From: Octopus vulgaris
Taxonomy: Eukaryota
Reading direction: 5' to 3'
Assembly: GCA_951406725.2 (NCBI GenBank)
Contig: OX597832.1
Span: 25,544,001-25,608,000, forward strand
Length of the DNA stretch: 64,000 bases
Shown: positions 25,927 through 39,055 of the stretch, one piece after another
Layout: the number at the start of each line of letters is the position of its first letter
Position numbering within the stretch: the stretch's first letter is position 1
Notes under the pieces: generated by a model
What the model was told of the DNA's origin: nothing
Database searches by the model: none
What the model saw: only the letters and a program-made list of their open reading frames with translations
Made by a program: the position numbers and the translations under genes

Positions 25927-27261
25927 TACAGTGGTTTCAAATGTTGGCACAGGGCCAGCAAGTTCTGGGATGGTGGGTAAGTTGGTTACATCTACCCCAG
26001 TATTCAACTGGTACTTATTTAATTGTCCCAGGAAGGATGAAATGCAAAGTCGACCTCGGTAGAATTCGAACGTGAAGACCGAAGAAATGTCGCCAAGCAT
26101 TTCCCCCCGCTGTGCTAACAATTCTGCTATCTCGCTGCCCTATACCAAAAGACTGATGACTAAAGACTAATTGTATCTAAGTATATTATTGATACCCAAG
26201 TTATAAGTCAACGATAAGATAAATGGCCATCATGTGAGAGAACTCTCTCTCTCTTAGCTAAGTCATTCTTACAACCGCTTAAGACAATGACAAAACCCTC
26301 GTGGATTAACGCGTATTAAAGAACAGTATGTTAAAGATTGATTAATCTGAGTATATTACTGGTATTTTAAAGTCATTGATCATCGATAATAAATTTATAT
26401 CATGGGAGAGAACTCTTTCCATCTTAAATAATATCGTTTCCGCTGCTTCAGTCAAGGATAGAAGTTGATACAACTGAACATTATATTAAAGTTTTACTTG
26501 ACCCAAATATATTACTGGTTCTTAGAAGTCACAGAATATACGATTGAATACATGGCTGTTATGGGAAGTAACACTTTCGCACCGTAACCAAGTGCTGTCA
26601 GAGTCGCTTCAGAGTTACCTAAAATCGTAACTCCATGCATGTATTATATTTTCCAGTCAGAAATATTTTTGCAAAACTATCGTATGTGGGACTTACTACA
26701 CTTTTGAAAAATGCTAAACCGTTGTACTACACTTTGACAATTTCATATCTTGGCATCTGAGGCAGCAGGAGATTCGATAGGCTGACCAAAAGAACCAGCT
26801 ATTGCAAGCAAAATTAGATATTGAAAAAAAAGTCAATTGGCCAAAATTGGACATACGACAGTTTAACATAATAGCAATGAATTTATTTTGGAAATAAGGA
26901 AGAAACAAATGTAATAACTTTGTCAAAATTAAGCTGGAGTTTGGGACATAATTTTACATAAATTTTTGATGGAAGATTTTAGTTTATTTTATTTCAAAAC
27001 AGGAAGTTCGTCCATGGATTATGAGCAGCCCCAAGGGGGTTGGCATCGAAAGGGAAAAAAAAGATAAAAAATGGGATAAAAAGCATAACTAGACATTTAT
27101 TCGGTTAAAGATTAGTTCCTTATTTCCGCACAAACGCAAACCCATGCTTTTATGCGTTCGCTGTTCACCCCTGACAATAAAACAGTTTCTTCACCTTTCA
27201 TTTTAAATCTCAACGGTTGTTAACGATAATCGTACAGATTTAAATATTAATCTTAATTCAG

Positions 27262-27429
27262 ATTTGAATGAGGAGATATCGTCGACCAATCGAGAAATCG
27301 AAGACGTTGAAAGACAAATGGAATATTGGAAGTTGTATGAGGAAAAAGGACAGTTCGAAGACAAGAAACAGATCGATCGTCTGGAAAAACAATTGAATGA
27401 TTTGGATCAATGCTACAGCTACTTACAAA
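27262..27429 (+). CDS. CCDC83: CCDC83-like exon 4 ([56 protein letters not shown])
   Basis: AATTCAG acceptor, A|GTAAGA donor; 168 nt, phase 1 to 1; [10 protein letters not shown] resembles CCDC83 EYWEEYKNVG. Confidence 0.9.
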
Positions 27430-27475
27430 GTAAGACGCCATTCTGTCTTTTTCTTGTGTTTTATACATTCATACA

Positions 27476-27539
<64 letters not shown>

Positions 27540-27609
27540 CACTATATACTATATATATATATGTATATATATGTATATATATATATATTTATGTATGTAT
27601 TTATGTATG

Positions 27610-27658
<49 letters not shown>

Positions 27659-27709
27659 CACTATATACTATATATATATATATATGTGTGTATATATATA
27701 TTTATGCAT

Positions 27710-27793
<84 letters not shown>

Positions 27794-27839
27794 AACGGGA
27801 AGTCTTTATACATCAACTTATACATCAATATATATATAT

Positions 27840-28035
27840 AGTCATTAGACTGCAGCAATGCTGAGGCGTCACTTTGTCGAATTTTAGTCGAAAGAATCGA
27901 CCCCAGTACATTTTCTGTTTTGTTTTTAGCCTAGTACTTATTCTATCGGATCTTTTACCGAACCACTAAGTTACGGAGGAGTAAACAAACCAACACCGGT
28001 TGTAAAGTGGTCGTGGCGGACAAACACAGACACAA
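27840..28035 (-). mobile_element. SINE family A, diverged 3' half
   Basis: Match to the family A tail. Confidence 0.7.
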
Positions 28036-28072
28036 AGCCTGACACATATAAAAACACATACATACATGCATG

Positions 28073-28108
<36 letters not shown>

Positions 28109-28664
28109 TGTATGTATGTATGTATGTATGTATGTATGTATGTACGTATGTATGTATGTATGTATGTATGTATGTATGTATGTATGTATGTATGTATGTA
28201 TGTATGTATGTATGTATGTATGTACGTATGTATGTATGTATGTACGTGTGTATGTATGTATGTATGTATGAATGTATGTATGTATGCATATATGTATGTG
28301 TGTATGTATGTATGTATGTATGTATGTATGTATGTATATATGTATGTGCACGTAAGTCTTTATACATCAATTTCCATTTATTTTACCAACGGTTATTTTC
28401 ATAGGGGAAGTTACTCTCCATCATTTATTAAAGAGTTATTTCCCTTAAATAATTTCTTTAAAAAAAGAAGACTATTTTCAATACCTTTGTTCTTGAATCA
28501 TAGCAGTGTAATTAACAGACGTACAAAAAGAAGCAGAACACATTGGCTTAATCGGCGCATCATCCAACAAGATCCCTTGCGATGTTTACTGGGTACTTGC
28601 CATTTAGGTTTAACTCCCACCAAGGACCTACTTCCTTTATTTCACACTCCCCGGTCGATAAAAT

Positions 28665-28997
28665 GATGTACATCTTACCTCCGAGTTCCGTTCCGACTGG
28701 ACATGTCGTAAGTCGATCTGGTCGTATGACGGATTTATATTTTTTCAACACTATTTTCATTCAAAAGCAACTGACGCTTGAAAGCTACTGAGCGAGAGAC
28801 AGTGGCAAGTAGTGGGATGCCGGAGTCTGAGGGAAGGGGCCTGCGTTGCCAAATGCTGCTATAGTTATCGCACGCGCAGCTGCCCAAAGTCCAAAAATCG
28901 ACTTTTTAATTAATTAATTTACTTTTGTTTATTTATTTCTTGTTTTTGGTCGTAAGTGCGGACGGTCATAAGTCGCATAAGTCGTAAGTCGAGGAGA
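28665..28997. mobile_element. Truncated pogo/Tigger-like MITE
   Basis: Repeated GTCGTAAGTCG subterminal motifs, ending GTCGTAAGTCGAGGAG. Confidence 0.45.
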
Positions 28998-29102
28998 AAA
29001 ATGTAGTTACAAAGTATCTTGTTAGCTTACTCACTTCTAACCTTTCACAAAATATGCCTCGTTGATCCAGCGTTAGAAATCATTGTAACAAAATATAGAA
29101 AG

Positions 29103-29427
29103 CGACACTGGTGGCAGTTCGGTAGAACATCGGTAAATTTCTCATGTGGAGGCGCTGCTCCGGTTTCGAATCACGCTGTGGTATATTTTGTGTCTTATTC
29201 TTCTGAAGTCCATTGTCGTAGCTAAAGTGTGTTTGCGCCGCTCGGGGCGGACCTTGAATTTTCCGCCCGCACCCAGTGGACTATACAAGCTCATACGGTA
29301 GGTCAAAAAATGCCGCTACAATAAAAGCATCACCCCGACCGGACCGAATCGGACAGGAACCCCCCTCGCGTCCTCCCGCTGCTTGGCAACGAGTGAGGTC
29401 GCTAAATTAAGCTTCATTTTTTTTTTT
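29103..29427 (+). mobile_element. Unclassified Pol III-type (tRNA-headed) element
   Basis: A-box-like TGGCAGTTCGG, B-box-like GGTTTCGAATC, GC-rich body and a terminal T run; single copy in this window. Confidence 0.4.
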
Positions 29428-30000
29428 CGGTGGGATTAGTGATTAGTAAAGAAGGCAGTGCAATATCCATGACTATTTTAAGCTGGTGAGCTGGCAGAAA
29501 TGTTAGCACGCCGAGCGAAATGCTTAGCGGTATTTCCGCCGAGGTCGACTTTGCCTTTCATCCTTTCGGTGTCGATATAATTGACTGGCTACCTCTCCAA
29601 AAATTTCTGGCCTTGTCCCTAGGCCAGAAAAAAATTTAATTGTTTCACTAATTGGACTACGGCCATGCTGGGGCATCATCTTGATGGATTTTGCTCGAAG
29701 AAATCGAAACCTTTACGTGGTTTATTTACGTCACCGTGACTTAGCAGTACGCCAAAAAGAATCCCTTAGCATAAGCAGCAAACTTAAAACAAACACTGGA
29801 CCCGACTTGTTCGACTAAATTGCGGACGGTGCTCCAGCATGGCAACAACCCAGTGACCGAAACAATTAAAAGAATACACACCAGCTTCTCTATTAACCAT
29901 TTCACTCTTCGCGTCTCATCTCTCTCTCTCTTTCTTGCTCTCTCTATCTCTCTCTCTCTCTCTCAGTCTCTCTATATCTCTCTCTCTCTCAGTCTCTCTA

Positions 30001-30089
<89 letters not shown>

Positions 30090-30108
30090 GTCTCTTTATA
30101 TATTTCAG

Positions 30109-30200
30109 CGGCTCTGACAGACCAGATGGTTCAGGAGAGAGACACAGTAGAAGGTACCATGACAGAGAAAGTCGAGAGTCAAAAGGAGAAGGCCAACAAG
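30109..30200 (+). CDS. CCDC83: CCDC83-like exon 5 ([31 protein letters not shown])
   Basis: TATTTCAG acceptor, AAG|GTATTT donor; 92 nt, phase 1 to 0; SQKEKANK resembles DQKKEWATQ. Confidence 0.85.
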
Positions 30201-30232
30201 GTATTTGATAGCATCGTTACATACATACATAC

Positions 30233-30305
<73 letters not shown>

Positions 30306-30518
30306 AACGCAAAACATCCAGACAGTTAGGTGATATAAAAAGGAACAACAAAACATCTAGATGGATGATACAAAGAAAACAAGGAAGGGTCATTCGGAGT
30401 TTTCTTTCCTCAGTCGAGTTCCAGATTATTTTTGCAATTTCGGTTGGTTACACACGAGATTGCTCCAATCTGGCCAGCCCCAAGAAAAAACTAAGCTAAG
30501 AGCATTAGATTATATATG

Positions 30519-30564
<46 letters not shown>

Positions 30565-30567
30565 AAC

Positions 30568-30604
<37 letters not shown>

Positions 30605-30636
30605 TACATACATACATACATACATACATACATACA

Positions 30637-30671
<35 letters not shown>

Positions 30672-31189
30672 TGATACATGTATATGAATGTGTGTGTATG
30701 CATGCGTGTATTTATGTGCACGACCGTGTGTGAGTCTGTGCGTGTGAGCCTATGCGTGTGTGCGCGCATGTGCTTGAATATCTGTGTATGTGTTGGTGAG
30801 AGAGCATGCATGCGTGTGTATGTGTATCTTTGAGTTTGTGTTGGTCCCCGCCCCGACGGCTGACAACCGGTGTTTGTTGGTTTGTTTATGTCCCCTTAAC
30901 ATAGTGGGTTCAGTAAAATAGACCAATAAAGTAAGTACAAAAACTTAAACAAAAAATTAAAAAATACTGAGCTGACCTTTCCAACTTAAACCATTCATGA
31001 CGATGCTCCATCTTGGCCGTGATCAAATGTCTAAAACAACCAAAAGAAATAAAAGAAAGTACTCTAAACCAATCAAAACCATTTATATAAGAAGACAATT
31101 TATGAATGTTACCGGAAGTTAAAATTTCGCATATGATGGTAGCCATTTTGATTATTTAGATTTTAATGGATTTCCATTTATTGTTGCAG

Positions 31190-31258
31190 AAAGTTGTGTC
31201 GTTAATGCCGAAGCACTGCTGCCGCCAGCTAAAAGATAATGGCTGCCTTAAACGCGAA
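31190..31258 (+). CDS. CCDC83: CCDC83-like exon 6 (KVVSLMPKHCCRQLKDNGCLKRE)
   Basis: TTGTTGCAG acceptor, GAA|GTGAGT donor; 69 nt, phase 0 to 0; DNGCLKRE resembles ENDWLKKE. Confidence 0.85.
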
Positions 31259-31438
31259 GTGAGTACCAAAATTTTTATACATACATAACTCATTTGTACT
31301 CTGTAGACTTTTAAAATATGGGCATTTAATTAAATACGCATATTATTCACAGAAACTTACGTACAAATATCTATTAAGTGAACTATATTTATATCTATCA
31401 ATCTATCTATCTATTCATCTATCCATCTATCTACCGGC

Positions 31439-31504
<66 letters not shown>

Positions 31505-31508
<4 letters not shown>

Positions 31509-32168
31509 CCCTGTTCATCTGTTCATCTACCAGAGACCGAAAGGTGACTTTGTTGCCCTGTTGTGCCTCCGCCACCCGGGCCTCTCGCACGGCTCCAACA
31601 CCGTTTTTAAAGCACGCATCCTAGCTCTGACAACACACCCTTCCTCTTTGGCGTTGAAGTGTTGGTCGAGAGCCAACCTCGCCACCAAAACGTCGGATGC
31701 GATGCCACTTCTAATGGCCTCTTCTAGCTTCTTAACTTGGTCACCCTCTACTCTGTTTCTATCTATCGCTAGTGCTTTGCTATACTTAATCGCTTCTGCC
31801 TTTATTGCTCTCTTGATGGCAAACCACCATTTGTTGTTGATGATGGCTCCCGTCAAAGTCCTCTTTACTAGCGTGCTAAGACGCTTTTAGTTTCCATTAA
31901 CCGGGACCTTGCCTGTATGTCTTACCGTACATGTCACAGTTTGTGATCCGTGTTGCTGACTATGTGGAATTGTGGACATCCTACGTTATCTCTATCTACC
32001 GTCCTACACAGTATCCTATCTAGATACGATCTCAACGGCCCGATGCGGTTGCTCCATGTCCACGCTGGCGCATTCGGGTGGTCGAGTCGGTACATGTCAG
32101 ACAGTTGAAAGCATCTGAGTAGGTCTCTGAGGCATTTGCACACCCGTCTATTCCTATCTCTGCCACGT
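31505..32168 (-). mobile_element. Tx1/L1-group LINE fragment (end of APE endonuclease and linker)
   Basis: WTWSNRIG..RSYLDRI...NTDHKL and WWFAIKRAIKAEAIKYSK; bounded by (GA)n tracts. Confidence 0.8.
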
Positions 32169-32349
32169 AGAGAGAGAGAGAGAGATAGGTAGGTAGGTAG
32201 GTAGGTAGGTAGGTAGGTAGGTAGGTAGGTAGATAGGTAGATAGGTAGGTAGGTAGGTAAGTAGGTAGGTAGGTAGGTAGATAAATAGATAGATAGACAT
32301 ATAGATAGATAGGTAGATAGGTAGGTAGGTAGGTAGGTCGGTAGGTAGG

Positions 32350-32401
<52 letters not shown>

Positions 32402-32484
32402 TAGATAGACAGATAGATAGTGAGAGAGAGAGAGAGAGAGAAAGAGATAGATAGATAGAGAGTGAGAGAGAGAGAGAGAGAGAG

Positions 32485-32593
<109 letters not shown>

Positions 32594-32594
32594 T

Positions 32595-33065
32595 GATATG
32601 TTTCTTTATTAGCCACACAGGGCTGCACACAGATAGAACAAATTACAAGGTAGAGCTTTTCTTTTGGGGGTAAAAAAGGAGAGTGGTGGTTTTCGATCAA
32701 AAGGGATCGTAAAAGGAAAGAAAAAGGACAAAAAAAAAGGTGGAGGGGTTAAAAAAGGGGGGGAGAGAAAAAAAATGAATAATAGGGATCGTTATCACAG
32801 AAATGTCAATATGAAGTGTAAAGGGGAGGACAGGTGAGGTTTACCCGTGGAAAGAAAAGCCTACGGAAAAGACCACGGTAACCTCGGTCAATGAAGTCAC
32901 ATGTTATATTTCTTTTTTTTTTTTTTTTGCAAATAAGCAACTCTCTGTATTAATTTTTATGGTTCATAGAATCATAGTCAAGGTGGCTTCGTCATTCATA
33001 CGTGCCATCCTTGCTACATTCACCCATCTTTTTTTAAAACATTCACTAGACAAAACTTGCCTCTC

Positions 33066-33066
<1 letters not shown>
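32595..33066 (-). mobile_element. Tx1-like LINE 3' end inside (GATA)n
   Basis: ERQVLSSECFKKRWVNVARMARMNDEATLTMIL*, a pyrimidine-rich 3' UTR and AATAAA; (GATA)n on both sides. Confidence 0.7.
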
Positions 33067-33146
<80 letters not shown>

Positions 33147-33534
33147 GAAAAGGAATTTGATAAACTTTAAGTGTGCATCAGGCAGAGAAGAGAGAGAGAG
33201 AGAGAGAGGGAATGTCAGAGAGAGAAAGAGTGGGAATGAGCGACGGTGTAAGGCGAGAGTGTTTGCTATCAATTGTCGTCCCACCTCCTCCAGCGTCGAG
33301 CAAGCTACGGCATTTAACAGCTGTTTACTTTGATACACCGACGATCGTCCGTTTCTATTCTACTTGCTAAAATTACTTCTCTTCGCTAATTATTTATTCT
33401 ATAAAGCTGGCTAGTGACTGTGTTTAATTAATCAATGATTCTGTTTACTTATCATTGGCTAAGATTAATCAGCTCTTTATTAATTTCGTTTCTTGACAAT
33501 GATTGTAAATAAATAAAGGCAGGAATGAACCAAA

Positions 33535-33577
<43 letters not shown>

Positions 33578-36276
33578 ATTATTATTATTATTATTGTTAC
33601 TCTTTAGGAAGACATCTACGAAAGATGTCGCAGAGATCGACAGACAGCATAAGAAACCATTCGTCCATATTTAGAATGTTTGTGTTTAAGGTTAAATGTC
33701 CCTCTTCCTGTGTCTGGTCTAACAAATGTGATTTGTAACCTTTGTAGCCGCTTCTCGTTTGGTGTATTTGCACCGAATGAAATATAATTTATAATTTACA
33801 TAGATGTCGGTGAACACGGCCAGTGGGCAGTATTCGTTCTGGTTTTGTGTGCTCTGCGGTCGAGATAAACTTAGCCTTTTCTCGTCTCGGAATCGATAAA
33901 TAAACTACCAGTGCTGTGCTGTTGTCGGTCGAATCTTTGCTTCCTCTCAGTATTTCTGGAAGAAGTCGTTGGTGGTTAGACCGGGATAGGAGTAGGCTCT
34001 GTTTGATAGGACCAAAACTGCCCAAGATACTTAGGATATCACGAAGGCGCCGCTTCAGCTCTTTCGAAGAACTGAGGATCTGAGGCAAAGATGCTGGTTG
34101 TAATAAATGTGAGTCACTTATGTAAATTTGCATCCCATTATACACCCCCTCCACACACCCTCATGTGCCTTTGTGTGTCGGTCTGTTTGTAGCGTTTATA
34201 TTTTTCATGCTGATACCATCCGGCTGAATGGTACCACCCAAGTGTCGAAATCATAAATGACCTATGATCGGTAGCTGAAGATGGGATGTCTGCGTTTATT
34301 TGCATATGTTTTTTGTTTTTTCGTGAACCTTTTGTATTTTGTTTCGAAGTTGTCCTCCACTGAGACTCATTTCGATGAAGGTTACACTTTTTCAGGCAAT
34401 TATAGTTTACGGTGGATTTCTTTCATATATATATGTGTGTGTGTGTGTGTGAATGCGTACAGTACTCCCTTGGCTACAACGAGGAGGGTTCAGGCTGATC
34501 CGATTAACGGATCAGCCTACTCGTGGGATTAACGTGAAAGTGGCTCAGCACTCCAGACAAGTGTACACTTAACGCGGTTATCATGGAGAATCAGCATGAC
34601 ACAGAATGTGACAAATTTTGGCTCTATTGAATTCCAGGTAAAATTCATTTTGGCCACCCGAAAAGCGTTGCCGTCAATCGCAAGCGAGCCCTGAGTGGTA
34701 GCATGAATCACGCTTTCAATAATTATTTAATTGTTTAAAGTGCATATTTAGTTGCTAACAGATACAAACACTCTCTCGGCTCTTCTACTCCTGACCTAGG
34801 AAAAAGCCGTAAACATGACTGCTGGAAAGAGAGAAAGCTCGGTTAGCCCTAAGCTGGTACGCATTTTCAATTGAGTAGAGCAGCGAGAAATGATGTGCTT
34901 TACTCAAAGAAACAAGGTGCCACCCGGCCCAAGAATCGAACTTAAGATATTGTAATCGTGACCCCAACACTCAAAAGCTATGACATGCATTTACATAACG
35001 AATACATATAAATTGTAATAACATGCACCCATAATGTATGTGAAAATATAAATATCAAATATTAAATATTGATTTTTATGCTTCATTCATATCTATGAGG
35101 TTTCATATGATACCGTGCAATCGTTAGCAAAGAAAAATATTTGGATTACACAATGTTTATATGATTTTTTTTCTTGTTTTGGTGGTGGGGTGATCCTAGA
35201 ATAAAGATATGCGGAGTTCAATTGTATTTTGCTTCGAATTTCATCAACGCGCAAAGAAATCTTTGTAGAAAGAAGGTTTCTTTTGGTCAATAGACAGACA
35301 ATAATATGATTCCGCTGTACCGGATGTAAGGTCTGAATACGCCATCTGAAAGGAAAAAAGTTAGCCATTGTATCTGGGCGATTTTATTTCTTTAATCCAC
35401 TGTTTTACATGTTCTCCATGAGTCATAATATCTTCATCTCATCCTCTCATCCTCTCTCTCTTCTCCTTTTCCCTTTTTTCTTTTTACTCTTTATTTGCCG
35501 CTCTTTCCCTATTTTTTATCCCTCTGTTTCCTTCTCTGTCATTTTGTTATTCTCACTCTTCATCTGTTAGAGTATCATTATGTCATTTCTCTCTTCATCT
35601 TTCTTTCTCTCTCTCTCTCTGCCTGTTTCTTCTTTTCTCGCTCGCTCTCTCTATTCTGTACATCATGTCTTTCTGTATACTCCCACCACTCTCTCTCCTT
35701 CTGTCTCTCTCTCCCTCTGTCTCTCTCGCTTTCTCTCTCCCTCTCTTTCTCTCTCTCTCTTACCCTCTCTCTATATTTATGTTTTTATTCCACTATATCT
35801 ACCCCCTCTGAACTCTATTCATTCTCACCCTGTTTGTCTCCACTCCTCCATCGCTGTCTATTCTACAATATAAAGATACATTCATATATATATATATATA
35901 TATATATATAAAGAATTGTATCTAATATTTTTCTAATTAGAAATATATTTAATATATGTAATATTAATTATAGCCCGAAATCGAAGGCATAACCAAGATT
36001 TTTTTAAATATAATGCAACGATTTCGAGCTTTTTCCTTTCAGCAATTTAAATATTGAACGACATTCAAGATGTAATCGTATTCTTTAAAATAATGAAATG
36101 TGTTCGAGTGTTGCGCTTTAAACAACTAAAAAAAAAACGGAACTAGAGACACAATCTAAATTGTTAACTAATGGCAACAAATTCGAATGTTACGGCTTTA
36201 AACTAGCTTAAATATGGAACAAAATCGGGACATAATCGACGTTTTTAAAATAATGAAACAATGTTCTTTTGTACTC

Positions 36277-36848
36277 GCGGCACAAGACCCGAAATTTTTG
36301 GGGAGAGGCCCAGTTGATTAGATCGACCTCAGTACGCAACTGGTACTTAATTTATCGACCCCGAGGGGATTAGAGACAAAGTCAACCTTGGAGGTATTTG
36401 AACTCAGAACATAAGGACAGACGAAATACCTATTTCTTTACTACCCACAAGGGGCTAAACATAGAGGGGACAAACAAGGACAGACAAACGGGTTAAGTCG
36501 ATTATATCGACCCCAGTGCGTAACTGGTACTTATTTAATCGACCTCGAAAAGATGAAAGGCAAAGTCGACCTCGGCGGAATTTGAACTCAGAACGTAGCG
36601 GTAGACGAAATACCTATTTCTTTACTACCCACAAGGGGCTAAACACAGAGAGGACAAACAAGGACATACAAAGGGAATAAGTCGATTATATCGACCCCAG
36701 TGCGTAACTGGTACTTATTTAATCGACCCCGAAAGGATGAAAGGCAAAGTCGACCTCGGCGGAATTTGAACTCACAACGTAACGGCAACCGAAATACCGC
36801 TAAGCATTTCGCCCAGCGTGCTAACGTTTCTGCCAGCTCGCCGCCTTA
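36277..36848 (-). mobile_element. Tandem trimer of SINE family D (184-bp period)
   Basis: Units at 36423-36606 and 36607-36790 are near-identical; a single head at about 36790-36848. Confidence 0.85.
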
Positions 36849-36972
36849 GCGCAATAAAATAATAAATAACAAAAACAAGCAAATACAAAGCAAAGATTGA
36901 TATATAATAAATTTACACATTATTACAAATATTTCAATCTGTCTGTCTCTTTCTCAGTCTCAATCATTGTCT

Positions 36973-37010
<38 letters not shown>

Positions 37011-37418
37011 ACAATACTATAAAAGCCAGCCGGCGTTAAAATAAAATACCAAAGGCGTTTTTACACAACATGAATATCAAACAATTTGTCAAACGAAGAA
37101 TGATTAATTAACTTTTTGTTTGTTTGAAAAACTTGTAAATTAAAAATTTCAACAACAAAATATGAATTAGTAATTGAAGAATCAGTCTCTCACCTAAGGG
37201 TTTTCGGGAAAATTTAAGGGCAACAGAATGAGCTACTTTGAAAATATCTTTTCAAAGGGATCATCAGATCTTCTCTCACTGAAGAAAAAACAGCTGGAGT
37301 AGACGGGTTTAGAGTCATTTTTTTTCATATAATCCGGAATGGATTACCGAGGCATTTCTTCTTGTTAATCCAAAAGTATTACAACACGTTATAAAAAAAT
37401 ATTGAACACCAAGTGTAA

Positions 37419-37499
<81 letters not shown>

Positions 37500-37638
37500 C
37501 GTAACAATATATGGATCCAAGTAATATAATCGAATACGGTAGTACGTATAAAAATATGGCCCTTAAAGTGTCATTCTACAAAACATATAGAATATATTGT
37601 ACGTACAAGAGGAAACGATTTACTGAACCTCTTTGCAA

Positions 37639-37691
<53 letters not shown>

Positions 37692-37739
37692 TGTGGGTGT
37701 TTGTTTGTCCCAATTTATATAAACACATATGTATTTTTC

Positions 37740-38275
37740 ATGATGGCAATGCGGAGCAAAATGATGGTTGAATGGCGTCCGAGTAATTCAGGACAACAGG
37801 AAGTAAATGTTTCGCTTGTGGGGAATATTTGTTCTCAGACACCTGGAATATTTCTTAATTTCATAATCACCAAACGGTGCTAAAGTAATTGTAGATCTAG
37901 AAGCATTCGAACGATGCTTCACGAAAAATATCACAAAATATCGCTGCTCAATTCAACATCTAAGAATGTATAAAAAATCTATTAACTTCAGGAAAGACGA
38001 CGAAGAATTGCACTGAACTATACTTGTAGATTGTTAAGCAGCTTGAGCCATATTAACCTCTGAACTTGTCTTCACAGCATTGACGACTCCTTGACCTCAC
38101 TCTCACCGTCGACAATCAGGAACACATACTGCAATATCTTTGGATTCAAAGGCCCCAGATTTTTAATATCTTGCCAAAGGGACCGCAAAATTTACCTGGA
38201 GTGTATGTACATTAGATGTATTTAAAAAGTATCTCTTGAATCCGCGATTCAAGACAAACCCAAGTAAAATGAACG
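37740..38275 (+). mobile_element. Highly decayed LINE ORF2 C-terminal region (CR1/L2-group)
   Basis: Frame-broken LWGIFVLRHLEY..SP..DLEAFERCFTKNI and YCNIFGFKGP..FNILPK..LDVFKK..IQDKP. Confidence 0.6.
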
Positions 38276-38728
38276 GAACATGAGAAAATAAGGATATGGC
38301 TCGTTCAAGGCTGATGTGGCACTCGACAACAACAGCAATAAGAACAACAATTACAACGATAATAGTTACCGTAGAGCACTCAACTTGAACGAGAATCACC
38401 GCTAAATCAACCTTCACAAGGATATTTGCCATCATTTCATAGAAAATATTCATTCATGCAAAACATTACCGTTAAGAAAGTTGTGCGTTTACTGTGTTTC
38501 AAAAGGAATAAATATCTTGAGAATAGCAGATAGGCATGTTTTTGTTCTGATCACGAGACAATAGAATCGGATACGTATCCACTCATATAAACGAATGGAT
38601 GCACATTCACAGGCAACACATAAGCGGTTCCAAGTAATGAAAGGTACTTAAGTAATTTATAAGTGTGTACATTCATATATATTATATATTATTTATTATA
38701 TATATATATATATATATGTATATATGTG

Positions 38729-38782
<54 letters not shown>

Positions 38783-39003
38783 CAGGCATACATACATACA
38801 TACACAGATGCATATACACATACACACTCAAACACATAAGAAACAGCTAAGCTAGATGCGTGGCAAAATAACCGTTTCGCTTGCACACACATATACATGA
38901 ATGTAGTTATGCATTAGTGTGTGTATGCGTGTGTGTGTGTATGTGTGTGTGAGAGTACATGCGCGTGTATGTGTATATGTGTAAATACAAAAATATAAGT
39001 GTG

Positions 39004-39049
<46 letters not shown>

Positions 39050-39055
39050 CGTTGT

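Larger units (their letters stand above)
25040..26640. repeat. Ancient degenerate tandem repeat, unit about 160-190 bp, at least 5 units
   Basis: ATGGGAGAGAACTCT..CGCTT..CAAGGACAAAA..TATATTACTGGT recurs near 25050, 25452, 26232, 26402 and 26561. Confidence 0.65.

Noticed and set aside
25040-26640. GGAGAGAAC anchors suggesting C2H2 zinc-finger linkers (TGEKP)
   Set aside because: No Cys/His pattern or open frame, and the period is not a steady 84 bp.
26657-26930. TTCCAG acceptor followed by coiled-coil-looking RQQEIR*ADQKNQLLQAKLDIEKK
   Set aside because: Stops in all frames, and exon 3 joins exon 4 in phase without it.
33608-33690. TTTAG acceptor-like site with a short complex segment (EDIYERCRRDRQTA* in phase 0)
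   Set aside because: Weak donor and no homology; exon 6 continues convincingly into 48156. An alternative last exon cannot be excluded.
37240-37295. CTGATGA..GAAA (minus) and CTGAAGA..CAGCTG (plus) hammerhead-like words
   Set aside because: No helix II in either case.
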